A stretch of 13,436 nucleotides of DNA from Elusimicrobiota bacterium. GTDB taxonomy: Bacteria; Elusimicrobiota; Elusimicrobia; UBA1565. Positions 1-6,804 of this stretch are shown in pieces. Each line of letters starts with the position of its first letter. Position 1 is the first letter of the stretch. Made by a program: the position numbers and the translations under genes. Location: positions 1 to 13,436 of the forward strand of contig JBDREN010000039.1 in the NCBI GenBank assembly GCA_043819795.1, given 5' to 3'. The notes under the pieces were generated by a model. It had not been told where the DNA came from and did not search any database. It saw nothing but the letters and a program-made list of their open reading frames with translations.

Positions 1-97
1 TGGCTTACAACCTTTACCACTGACGCCTCCATCATGAATCTTCTCAAAAATCCCCATCTCCCCTTGTGCTCAAAATAGTTGTGGGTAAAGATTAGCC

Positions 98-223
98 CTT
101 CGGGGGAGAGGGGAATCCGTCCCTCAGGCCGCGTACGAACTTCGGGGGAGAGGGGAATCCGTCCCTCAGACCGCGTACGAACTTCGGGGGAGAGGGGAAT
201 CCTTCCCTCAGGCCGCGTACGAA
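98..223. repeat. Tandem direct repeat, 3 x 42 bp (CTTCGGGGGAGAGGGGAATCCGTCCCTCAGGCCGCGTACGAA)
   Basis: Copies at 98-139, 140-181 and 182-223, head to tail with no spacers. Only two differences: A at 170 (G in other copies) and T at 203 (G in other copies). Each unit has an internal GAGGG...CCCTC inverted repeat. Confidence 0.97.
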
Positions 224-235
224 CCGCGCTGACGC

Positions 236-281
236 GACTCTCCGACGACACGACGCCGCAACGGCGGAGCCTCAGAGAGTC
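236..281 (-). other. Long imperfect stem-loop (candidate structured RNA element)
   Basis: Minus strand GACTCTCTGA pairs with TCGGAGAGTC (10 bp including one G-U) and encloses the hairpin CGCCG-TTG-CGGCG. Confidence 0.55.
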
Positions 282-395
282 AACCGACGGAAGCGGTGGC
301 TTACCATACGGCTTTGTCCGGGTGTCCCATCGCGCAAGTCAGGAAAAGTTCCTTTTTTGAGGATCACGCGCGGATCGATGCGCTGGAGTGAGGCT

Positions 396-416
396 CGCGG
401 CGGCCGTGCCGCCGCG
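396..416. terminator. Perfect 9-bp GC hairpin just downstream of the oxidoreductase stop; possible terminator or 3'-stabilising stem
   Basis: CGCGGCGGC-CGT-GCCGCCGCG, about 36 nt past the TGA at 453-455. No U-tract follows, so terminator function is uncertain. Confidence 0.35.
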
Positions 417-452
417 GACAGACTACGATGCGTTATGCGGACTCAGCGGGGA

Positions 453-1406
453 TCACCTGATGCGGATCACGATCTTGCCGCGGGCGCGGCGGGACTCGCT
501 CTTTCGGTGCGCCTCTTGGATGTCCTCAAGAGGGTAGACGCTGTCGATCACGGACTTGAGCTTACCCTTCTCGGCCAAGCGGGCGAGTTCCTTGAGGTCC
601 TCCCCGCTCGCCTTCAGCATGATGAAGGACGCCTTCCTGCCCGGGGTCAACCTCGACCAGGCGATGGAGAAAGCCAGGCCGGCGCTGGGCACCGTCGAGA
701 TGTAGACGCCTCTCTCGCTCAGGGCCCGGCGCGCCTCTGAAAAGCCGCGGGCCGCCACCGCGTCGAATACGATCTCGTAAGCGCCGCGAGCGGCGAGGAC
801 GTCTTCCTCTATATAGTCGACCACGCGGTCCGCTCCCAGCTCCCGCGCCAGATCGATGTTCCCGGCGCTGCAGACGGCGGTGACCTCCGCGCCGTAGGCC
901 TTGGCGATCTGCACGGCGTAGGAGCCCACCCCGCCCGAAGCCCCGATGACGGCGACCCTGTCCCCCGGCTTGATCCCTCCGCGCTCGCGCAGGGCCTGCA
1001 GGGAAGTGAGGGCCGCCAGCGGCATCGCCGCGGCCTGCTCATGCGAGAGGCCCGCGGGCTTGATGGCCGCGGCCTTCTCGGAGACGGCCGCGTATTCGGC
1101 GTAGGCCTGCCCGGTCATGGCGTCCGACTTCGCGTAGACCCGGTCGCCTTCCCTGAGCTCCTTGACGGCCTGGCCCGCCTCGACGACGCGCCCCGAGACG
1201 TCGAAGCCGAGTATCTTGGGGAACCGCGATCCCATCAGCATCCGCAGGGAGCCGTTGCGGATCCTCCAGTCGATGGGATTGACGCTTGAGGCGTGGACCT
1301 CGATGAGGACCTGATCGTCCCGGATCGAGGGCCGGGCGGCCTGGGCGATCCGCAGCACGTCGGGCGGGCCGTAACCGTCGATGACGGCCGCCTTCATCTC
1401 GCTCAC
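453..1406 (-). CDS. NAD(P)-dependent oxidoreductase, MDR / quinone oxidoreductase-like family (zinc-independent)
   Basis: MKAAVIDGYGPPDVL start, VNPIDW, LGFDVSG, Rossmann motif GASGGVG and C-terminal ARGKIVI. No Cys/His zinc ligands. Start taken as GTG 1406, which overlaps the upstream stop (GTGA); ATG 1397 is an alternative. Confidence 0.92.
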   Translation of the reverse strand: MSEMKAAVIDGYGPPDVLRIAQAARPSIRDDQVLIEVHASSVNPIDWRIRNGSLRMLMGSRFPKILGFDVSGRVVEAGQAVKELREGDRVYAKSDAMTGQAYAEYAAVSEKAAAIKPAGLSHEQAAAMPLAALTSLQALRERGGIKPGDRVAVIGASGGVGSYAVQIAKAYGAEVTAVCSAGNIDLARELGADRVVDYIEEDVLAARGAYEIVFDAVAARGFSEARRALSERGVYISTVPSAGLAFSIAWSRLTPGRKASFIMLKASGEDLKELARLAEKGKLKSVIDSVYPLEDIQEAHRKSESRRARGKIVIRIR

Positions 1407-1750
1407 AGCTCGACCCCGAACTTCCTGAGGATGAGGACGTAGCCTCCGTAGCCCAAGACCATGGCCAGGCAGGAGACCGGCAGCGCGTACACGAAACGGA
1501 CGCCGCCCTTCAACAACGGCGGCAGGACGAGGTAGAGGATCACCGACGGGATCAGGGCCCACAGGATGCCGTTGGAGAACGAGCAGACCTTGCCGACGTC
1601 CCGCGTCTCGGCGAACAGCCATATGAGGGCCAATATGGACACCAGGGGAAGGGCGGCGAGGATCGCTCCCGCCAGGGGATGGCGCTTGGCGAGCTCCGAG
1701 GCCCCCGCCACGACCAGAGCGGACACCGCAACTTTCATCGCAAAGACCAT
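1403..1750 (-). CDS. DUF3147-like small membrane protein (115 aa, about 4 TM)
   Basis: KVAVSALVVAGASELAKRHP..GAILAALPLVSILALIW matches the DUF3147 pattern as I recall it. Strong SD AGGAGG at 1755-1760 before ATG 1750. Confidence 0.8.
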   Translation of the reverse strand: MVFAMKVAVSALVVAGASELAKRHPLAGAILAALPLVSILALIWLFAETRDVGKVCSFSNGILWALIPSVILYLVLPPLLKGGVRFVYALPVSCLAMVLGYGGYVLILRKFGVEL

Positions 1751-1803
1751 CACTCCTCCTGAAGAACGCCGGGGAATCTCGGGCGGGATGCGAGCGCCTC
1801 CCA

Positions 1804-1818
1804 ATTGTATATTATTAT
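1804..1818. promoter_or_regulatory. AT-rich divergent promoter with overlapping -10 boxes
   Basis: Minus strand TACAAT at 1804-1809; plus strand TATTAT at 1810-1815 and 1813-1818. This is the only AT island between the divergent genes. Confidence 0.6.
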
Positions 1819-1823
1819 CCCGT

Positions 1824-2420
1824 ATGGCCCTCAAAGCCGTGCTCTTCAACAAGCCCTACGGAGTGGTCAGCCAGTTCTCCCCCCTCGAGAACCACAGGAC
1901 TCTGGCGGACTTCCGCCTGCCCGGCGGGGTCTACCCGGCCGGGCGGCTGGACCGCGACAGCGAGGGGCTGCTCGTGCTCACCGGCGACGGAGGCCTGCAG
2001 CACGCGCTGACCGACCCCCGCTGCGCGCACCCGCGCACCTACCTCGTCCAGGTGGAGCGCGTCCCCCCCGCCGACAAGCTCGCGAGGCTCGCGAGCGGGG
2101 TGCGCCTGCGCGACGGGATGACGCGCCCGTGCGCGGTGCGCCTGCTGCTAAGGGAGCCCGAGCTCCCGCTGCGCGAGCCCCCCATCCGCCACCGCAAGAG
2201 CGTGCCCACCGCCTGGCTGGAGATGATCCTGCGCGAGGGACGCAACCGGCAGGTGCGCCGCATGACGGCCGCCATCAGCCACCCCGCGCTGAGGCTGGTG
2301 CGCTCGCGCGTCGGGGACCTGACGCTCAAGGGGCTCTATCCGGGACGGTGGCGATACGCGACCGCGGGAGAGATGAGGCGGCTTCGGGCGCTGGCGGCCG
2401 GACCGCCCGGGGACGCTTGA
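1824..2420 (+). CDS. rluE: rRNA pseudouridine synthase, RsuA family, RluE-like (23S rRNA psi2457)
   Basis: LFNKPYGVVSQF, catalytic GRLDRDSEGLL, RluE-type PPIRHRKSVPTAWLE and EGRNRQVRRMTAA. No S4 domain. ATG at 1824, 198 aa. Confidence 0.9.
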   Translation: MALKAVLFNKPYGVVSQFSPLENHRTLADFRLPGGVYPAGRLDRDSEGLLVLTGDGGLQHALTDPRCAHPRTYLVQVERVPPADKLARLASGVRLRDGMTRPCAVRLLLREPELPLREPPIRHRKSVPTAWLEMILREGRNRQVRRMTAAISHPALRLVRSRVGDLTLKGLYPGRWRYATAGEMRRLRALAAGPPGDA

Positions 2421-2473
2421 GCGGCCGCGCGCGCTGGGCCAAACGTCCCACCCGCCGCTAGGCCGAAGGCGAC

Positions 2474-2523
2474 TCGATATTTTCCGCCGACCGGTTAGAC
2501 TATATGGAAATCCCGCCAAGGAG
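2474..2523 (+). promoter_or_regulatory. Putative sigma70 promoter and RBS for the methyltransferase
   Basis: TCGATA (2474-2479), 16 nt, TAGACT (2496-2501); SD AAGGAG at 2518-2523, 5 nt before ATG 2529. Confidence 0.45.
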
Positions 2524-2528
2524 ATCCT

Positions 2529-3344
2529 ATGCGAGGCGCCACGCTTGAGCCGAAGACGGACGATATCCCGACGATCGACAAATACAAGCTCTACACCGAT
2601 GCGGTCCAGCAGCCGGATAGGGACGTCGTCTTTTTTCGCGACGCCTTCCGGGAGATCACGGGAAGGGATCCGAAAGTCCTGCGCGAGGACTTCTGCGGAA
2701 CGTTCCGCGTCTGCTGCGAGTGGGCGAAGCTCGACCCGGAGCACGTCGCCCACGGCCTCGATCTCGACTGGGAGCCGGCCGCCTACGGCAGGCGTATGTA
2801 TCTTCCCCGGCTGACGCCCGCCCAGCGGCGGCGGGTGCGCATCCGGCGTAAGAACGTGCTCGATCCCGACGTCCCGTCCGCGGACCTCATCGTCGCCCTC
2901 AACTTCTCGTACTACATCTTCAAGAAGCGGGCGGAGCTCAAGGCCTATCTCGAGAACTGCGCCAGGACCCTGCCCGAAGGGGGGCTGTTGTTCCTCGACT
3001 CCTTCGGCGGCAGCGATTGCCACGGGCCCATCGAGGACTCCACCAGGCACCGGGATTTCACGTACTATTGGGACCAGGACGATTTCGACCCCATCCACAA
3101 CACGGCGCGCTTCTTCATCCACTTCAGGCCGAAGGGAGGCGAGAAGATCGAGAGGGTCTTCACCTACGATTGGCGCATCTGGACGATCCCCGAGGTCCGC
3201 GAGCTGATGGAGGAGTCCGGCTTCCGCAGGTCTTACGTCTATTGGGAAGGCACCCAGGGCGAGCAGGGCAACGGCGTCTTCACGAGGACCGAAGAGGGCG
3301 AGTCGTGCGAAGCCTGGATCGCCTACATCGTGGGCGAGCGGTGA
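2529..3344 (+). CDS. Class I SAM-dependent methyltransferase, substrate unknown
   Basis: Motif I variant LREDFCGT, acidic post-beta2 GLDLD, ADLIVALNFS, and LPEGGLLFLD. Good SD. Confidence 0.85.
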   Translation: MRGATLEPKTDDIPTIDKYKLYTDAVQQPDRDVVFFRDAFREITGRDPKVLREDFCGTFRVCCEWAKLDPEHVAHGLDLDWEPAAYGRRMYLPRLTPAQRRRVRIRRKNVLDPDVPSADLIVALNFSYYIFKKRAELKAYLENCARTLPEGGLLFLDSFGGSDCHGPIEDSTRHRDFTYYWDQDDFDPIHNTARFFIHFRPKGGEKIERVFTYDWRIWTIPEVRELMEESGFRRSYVYWEGTQGEQGNGVFTRTEEGESCEAWIAYIVGER

Positions 3345-3354
3345 CGCTCAGCGT

Positions 3355-5028
3355 CTACACCCAGGCGTAAAGCGCCAATAGGCTCACCAGCAGCGTGATC
3401 CAGAACAGCGTCATGCCGACCGGCAGCCGGCGGCCGTCCACGTCGTAGTCCGACGGGATCGCGTCGTAGACGAACCCCACGCCCCGGCGCTGCACGGCGC
3501 CGCCCAGCTCCTTCATCCCCCCCGCCAGAGCCCTCACGGCGGCCGGCAGCGGCACGCGGTAGAGCCAGTCCACGTCGAGCGCGATGCCCGGCTTGGGGCT
3601 CAGGAGCTTGAGCAGCATCCAGAACCCGGCGGCCGTCCCGAGGTGCAGCTGCAGCGCGCCGAGCACGTGGCCCGCCGTGTAAGGATGATAGTCCGCGTGG
3701 TAGGGCAAAAGCGCGTAGAGCAGGCGCGGGAATATCCCCAGGATCGCGCACAGCGCCGCGGTCGCGACCATGGCGGCGACCATGTTGTTCGGGACGGGCC
3801 GGCACTCGATGGAGCGCTCCGTGCCGGCGAAGGCGAAATAGGCCAGCTTGAGCCCGATGGAGAGGAACGTGCCGACCGACGCCAGCTCCAGCAGCAGCTC
3901 GATGGCCGGACGGTGGCTCGCCCCGGCCGCCGCGACCGTCATGCCCTTGCTGATGAAGCCACTCAAGGGAGGCAGCCCCGAGATCGAGAAGGCGCCGACG
4001 AGGAAGAGCGTCATCACCAGGGGAAGCCGGCGCCAGAGGCCGCCCAGCTCGCTCAGCTTGCCCGTGCCGGCGGCGTGGACGATCGCGCCCGCGCCCATGA
4101 ACAAGAGCGCCTTGTAGAGGATGTGGCAGAAAGCGTGGGCCGCCGCCCCGTTCATGGAGAGCGCCGTCCCCATGCCCACCCCGGCCACCATGAAGCCGAC
4201 CTGGCTGACGATATGATAGGCCAGCAAGCGGCGGATGTCGTCGGCCAGAACGGCGTAGACCACGCCGTAGAGCGCCATCACGGCGCCCAGCACGACCAGC
4301 GGCTCGGCTCCCGGGAACACGCGCAGCAGCACGTACACCGCGGTCTTCGTCGTGAAGGCGCTCTGCACCACGCTGCCCGTCACCGAGCATTCCGGATAGG
4401 CGTCGGTCAGCCAGGCGTGCAGCGGCGGGATCGCCGCGTTCACGGCCACTCCCGTCAGGATGAGCCAGCCGGCGGCGGAAAGCGGCGCGCCGGTCAGCGG
4501 GCCCACCGCCGCGTCTCCGCCCCCGGCCCAGTGCAGAAGGAGCCCGCAGAAGAAGAGGCCGCCGCCGAACACGTGGACGAGCAGGTACCGGAAGCCGGCG
4601 CGGTGCGCGCCCGGGGTCCCCGCGAACCAGATGACGAACAGGGAGGCCACGGTCATGAGCTCCCAGAACACGAACAGGCTCAGCCAGTCCCCGGCGAAGA
4701 CGACGCCCAGAGACGCCCCGGCCAGCGCCACGGAGGCCGCCGGCTCCCCGCGCTTCTTGAGATGCAGCCCGTAGAGCACGGAGAGGAGCGTCACGATGCA
4801 GAAGACGACCGCGAAGAGGCGGCTCAGGGCGTCCACCCGGAGCAGCTCGAGCGTGAAGCCCGCCGTGGAGTGCGTCCAGACCGCGTCGGAGCCCAGGCCC
4901 GCCGCGGCCCGCAGCGCCCACACCGGCGCGGCCAAAAGGACGGCTTTCCTCACCCAGCCGCGGGTCACGAGGGCCGCGAGGGCGGCGGCGAGGAGGACGG
5001 TCGCGGGATGGCTGAAGACCGCGGTCAT
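3355..5028 (-). CDS. mrpD: Mrp/Mnh Na+/H+ antiporter subunit D-like (third copy, with MrpA/NuoL-like C-terminal extension), 557 aa
   Basis: Proton_antipo_M features: FVFWELM, PPLHAWLTDAYPE, RRLLAYHIVSQVG, HILYKALLFMGAG, PPLSGFISK. ATG 5028 overlaps the upstream stop (ATGA). Confidence 0.9.
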   Translation of the reverse strand: MTAVFSHPATVLLAAALAALVTRGWVRKAVLLAAPVWALRAAAGLGSDAVWTHSTAGFTLELLRVDALSRLFAVVFCIVTLLSVLYGLHLKKRGEPAASVALAGASLGVVFAGDWLSLFVFWELMTVASLFVIWFAGTPGAHRAGFRYLLVHVFGGGLFFCGLLLHWAGGGDAAVGPLTGAPLSAAGWLILTGVAVNAAIPPLHAWLTDAYPECSVTGSVVQSAFTTKTAVYVLLRVFPGAEPLVVLGAVMALYGVVYAVLADDIRRLLAYHIVSQVGFMVAGVGMGTALSMNGAAAHAFCHILYKALLFMGAGAIVHAAGTGKLSELGGLWRRLPLVMTLFLVGAFSISGLPPLSGFISKGMTVAAAGASHRPAIELLLELASVGTFLSIGLKLAYFAFAGTERSIECRPVPNNMVAAMVATAALCAILGIFPRLLYALLPYHADYHPYTAGHVLGALQLHLGTAAGFWMLLKLLSPKPGIALDVDWLYRVPLPAAVRALAGGMKELGGAVQRRGVGFVYDAIPSDYDVDGRRLPVGMTLFWITLLVSLLALYAWV

Positions 5029-5261
5029 TGGCGTCCCTCGTAGTGGTCTTTGGCGCGCGCCAGCAGGGGATGGAGCAGTCGCTTGGCGAACGCGGCCAGC
5101 AGGACGCAGCCCGCCAGCCCGTAGGCGAGCTCGAACCCGGGCAGCGTGTGCCACCAGGAGCCCGCATGCCCGTGGGCGTGGCTGGAGACGCTCTCGAACA
5201 CGTCCAGGCCGAGGCAGATGCCGCCGAGTCCGATCAGGGTCCGGGCCAGGGGCTTTCTCAT
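5025..5261 (-). CDS. Small 2-TM membrane protein of the Mrp cluster (78 aa)
   Basis: ATGA overlaps at both ends. Two hydrophobic helices with a His-rich loop; PGF..YG..GC and R..D(H/Y)Y pattern recalled from small proteins in multi-mrpD operons. Confidence 0.82.
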   Translation of the reverse strand: MRKPLARTLIGLGGICLGLDVFESVSSHAHGHAGSWWHTLPGFELAYGLAGCVLLAAFAKRLLHPLLARAKDHYEGRQ

Positions 5262-6748
5262 CCGACGACCCCCGGGACTCCGGTGACGGCGGCGGCCGCC
5301 ATCCAGGCGAGCCGGTAGAAGGCCCAGAACGCGTCCGGACAGACGCCCAAAACGAGCGCGCCCGCGGCCGCGGCGACCGGGGGCAGCCACAGGGCCGCGC
5401 CCGCCTCGTCGTATCTCACGGGGGTCTTTCCCCCCCCGAAGAAGGCCTCGTAGACGATCGGGAAGAAGTATGCGAAGTTGAGGATCGCGCTCGCCACCAG
5501 GACGGCGATGAACACCTCATGGCCCGAGTGCACGGCTCCGAGGCCCAGGTTCCACTTGCTCACGAACCCGGCCAAAAGCGGGGTGCCGGCCATGCCCAGG
5601 GCGCCCACGGCGAAGGCGAGCATGGTCAGCGGCATGCGCCGGCCCAGCCCGGAGAGCTGCTCGATCTGGGTGAAGTGGGTGCGGGTGTAGATGGACCCCG
5701 CGCAGAAGAACAGGGATATCTTCATGAAGCCGTGCGCGGCGATGTGGAAGATGGCGCCCGCCACGGCCGCCGGGGAGCCGAGCGCGGCCCCGAGCACGAT
5801 GTAGGACAGCTGGCTGACGGTCGAGTAGGCGAGCCGCCTCTTGAGGTCCGTCTCGCCGAGCGCCCGCAGCGAGCCGACCAGGATCGTGGCCGCGGCGAAG
5901 CAGGCCAGCGCCCAATCCGCCCCGATCGAGCGCATGAGCTCGGGGCCGAACACGTAGCCCGTCACCCGCACGCAGCCGAAGGCTCCGGCCTTGACCACGG
6001 CCACCGCGTGCAGCAGGGCGCTCACCGGCGTGGGGGCCACCATGGCCGCCGGCAGCCAGCCGTGCAGCGGAAGGATCGCGGCCTTGACCCCGATGCCGAT
6101 GATGAAGAACAAAAACAGCGTGCGCAGGACGGCGGGCGAAGCGTCCACGCCTCCCAGGAAGCCCCCGGGCCGGAACTCGGCTGCGCCCGCGAGCGACTGC
6201 GCCCAGATGAGGGCGATGAGCAGCATCTGGCCCGCGATGAGCGTGTAGGCCAGGTACTTGCGGCCGCCGGCCACGGCCTTCTGCGTCCGGTTGTGGGTGA
6301 CGAGGGGGTAGGTGGCGATCGTCAGGATCTCGAAGAACACGAAGAAGGTCAGCAAATTCGCCGCGAACGCGATGCCGATCGCCGCCGAGAGGCATACCGC
6401 GAAGCTCGCGAAATAGGCGGTCTGATGCCCGGACTTGTTGGCGCGCATATAGCCGATCGAATACAAGGAGGTGAGGATCCAAAGCGTCGAGGCCAGCAGA
6501 GCGAAGACCATCCCCGCCGGGTCGGCGCGCAGATGCAAGGACAGCCCCGGCCCGAGGGCGAACGCCACGACCTCGGGCTGCGCCCCGGCCAGGACGTCGG
6601 GCAGCATCGACGCCACGATCGCGACCTTGGCGAACGCCGCGAGGAATGTCCACGACTCCCGGAGGTTGGGCCTTCGGTCCGAGAGCAGGATCAGGGGCAC
6701 GGCCGCGAGCGACACGAGCACGGCCCAGAGGGGACGATACTCGGTCAT
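5258..6748 (-). CDS. mrpD: Mrp/Mnh Na+/H+ antiporter subunit D-like (second copy), 496 aa
   Basis: FFEILT, VKAAILPLHGWLPAAMVAPTPVSALLHAVAVVKAG, LKRRLAYSTVSQL, GFVSKW. SD GGGGAG at 6754-6759. Confidence 0.92.
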   Translation of the reverse strand: MTEYRPLWAVLVSLAAVPLILLSDRRPNLRESWTFLAAFAKVAIVASMLPDVLAGAQPEVVAFALGPGLSLHLRADPAGMVFALLASTLWILTSLYSIGYMRANKSGHQTAYFASFAVCLSAAIGIAFAANLLTFFVFFEILTIATYPLVTHNRTQKAVAGGRKYLAYTLIAGQMLLIALIWAQSLAGAAEFRPGGFLGGVDASPAVLRTLFLFFIIGIGVKAAILPLHGWLPAAMVAPTPVSALLHAVAVVKAGAFGCVRVTGYVFGPELMRSIGADWALACFAAATILVGSLRALGETDLKRRLAYSTVSQLSYIVLGAALGSPAAVAGAIFHIAAHGFMKISLFFCAGSIYTRTHFTQIEQLSGLGRRMPLTMLAFAVGALGMAGTPLLAGFVSKWNLGLGAVHSGHEVFIAVLVASAILNFAYFFPIVYEAFFGGGKTPVRYDEAGAALWLPPVAAAAGALVLGVCPDAFWAFYRLAWMAAAAVTGVPGVVG

Positions 6749-6804
6749 GGTCGCTCCCCAACGACCTCGGATGCGACCATTTCCTGCGCGATATGCTCGG
6801 TCAC
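6745..6804 (-). CDS. Putative 19-aa mini-ORF (MTEHIAQEMVASEVVGERP) bridging two mrpD genes
   Basis: GTG at 6804-6802 overlaps the mrpD1 stop (GTGA) and TGA at 6747-6745 overlaps the mrpD2 start (ATGA). Open for 60 nt. No homology evidence. Confidence 0.4.
   Translation of the reverse strand: MTEHIAQEMVASEVVGERP

Noticed and set aside
98..223. CRISPR array
   Set aside because: The repeats are contiguous with no unique spacers, and there are no cas genes in the window.
98..300. Intact tRNA gene
   Set aside because: No canonical TTCGAA T-loop in the right context, no D or anticodon arms, and no CCA.
341..358. AGGAA-AAG-TTCCT-TTTTT as a plus-strand terminator
   Set aside because: The stem is only 5 bp and AT-rich, and no credible plus-strand gene lies upstream.
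79..360. 93-aa ORF with SGERGIRPSGRVRT repeats
   Set aside because: TTG start without SD. It stays open mainly because the 42-bp unit is a multiple of 3 with no stop, and nothing else supports coding.
1773..2527. Shared ATCCCGCC-N1-3-GAGAT motif in the leaders of the DUF3147-like gene and the methyltransferase
   Set aside because: Only two short instances with different spacing, one overlapping an SD. Compatible with chance.
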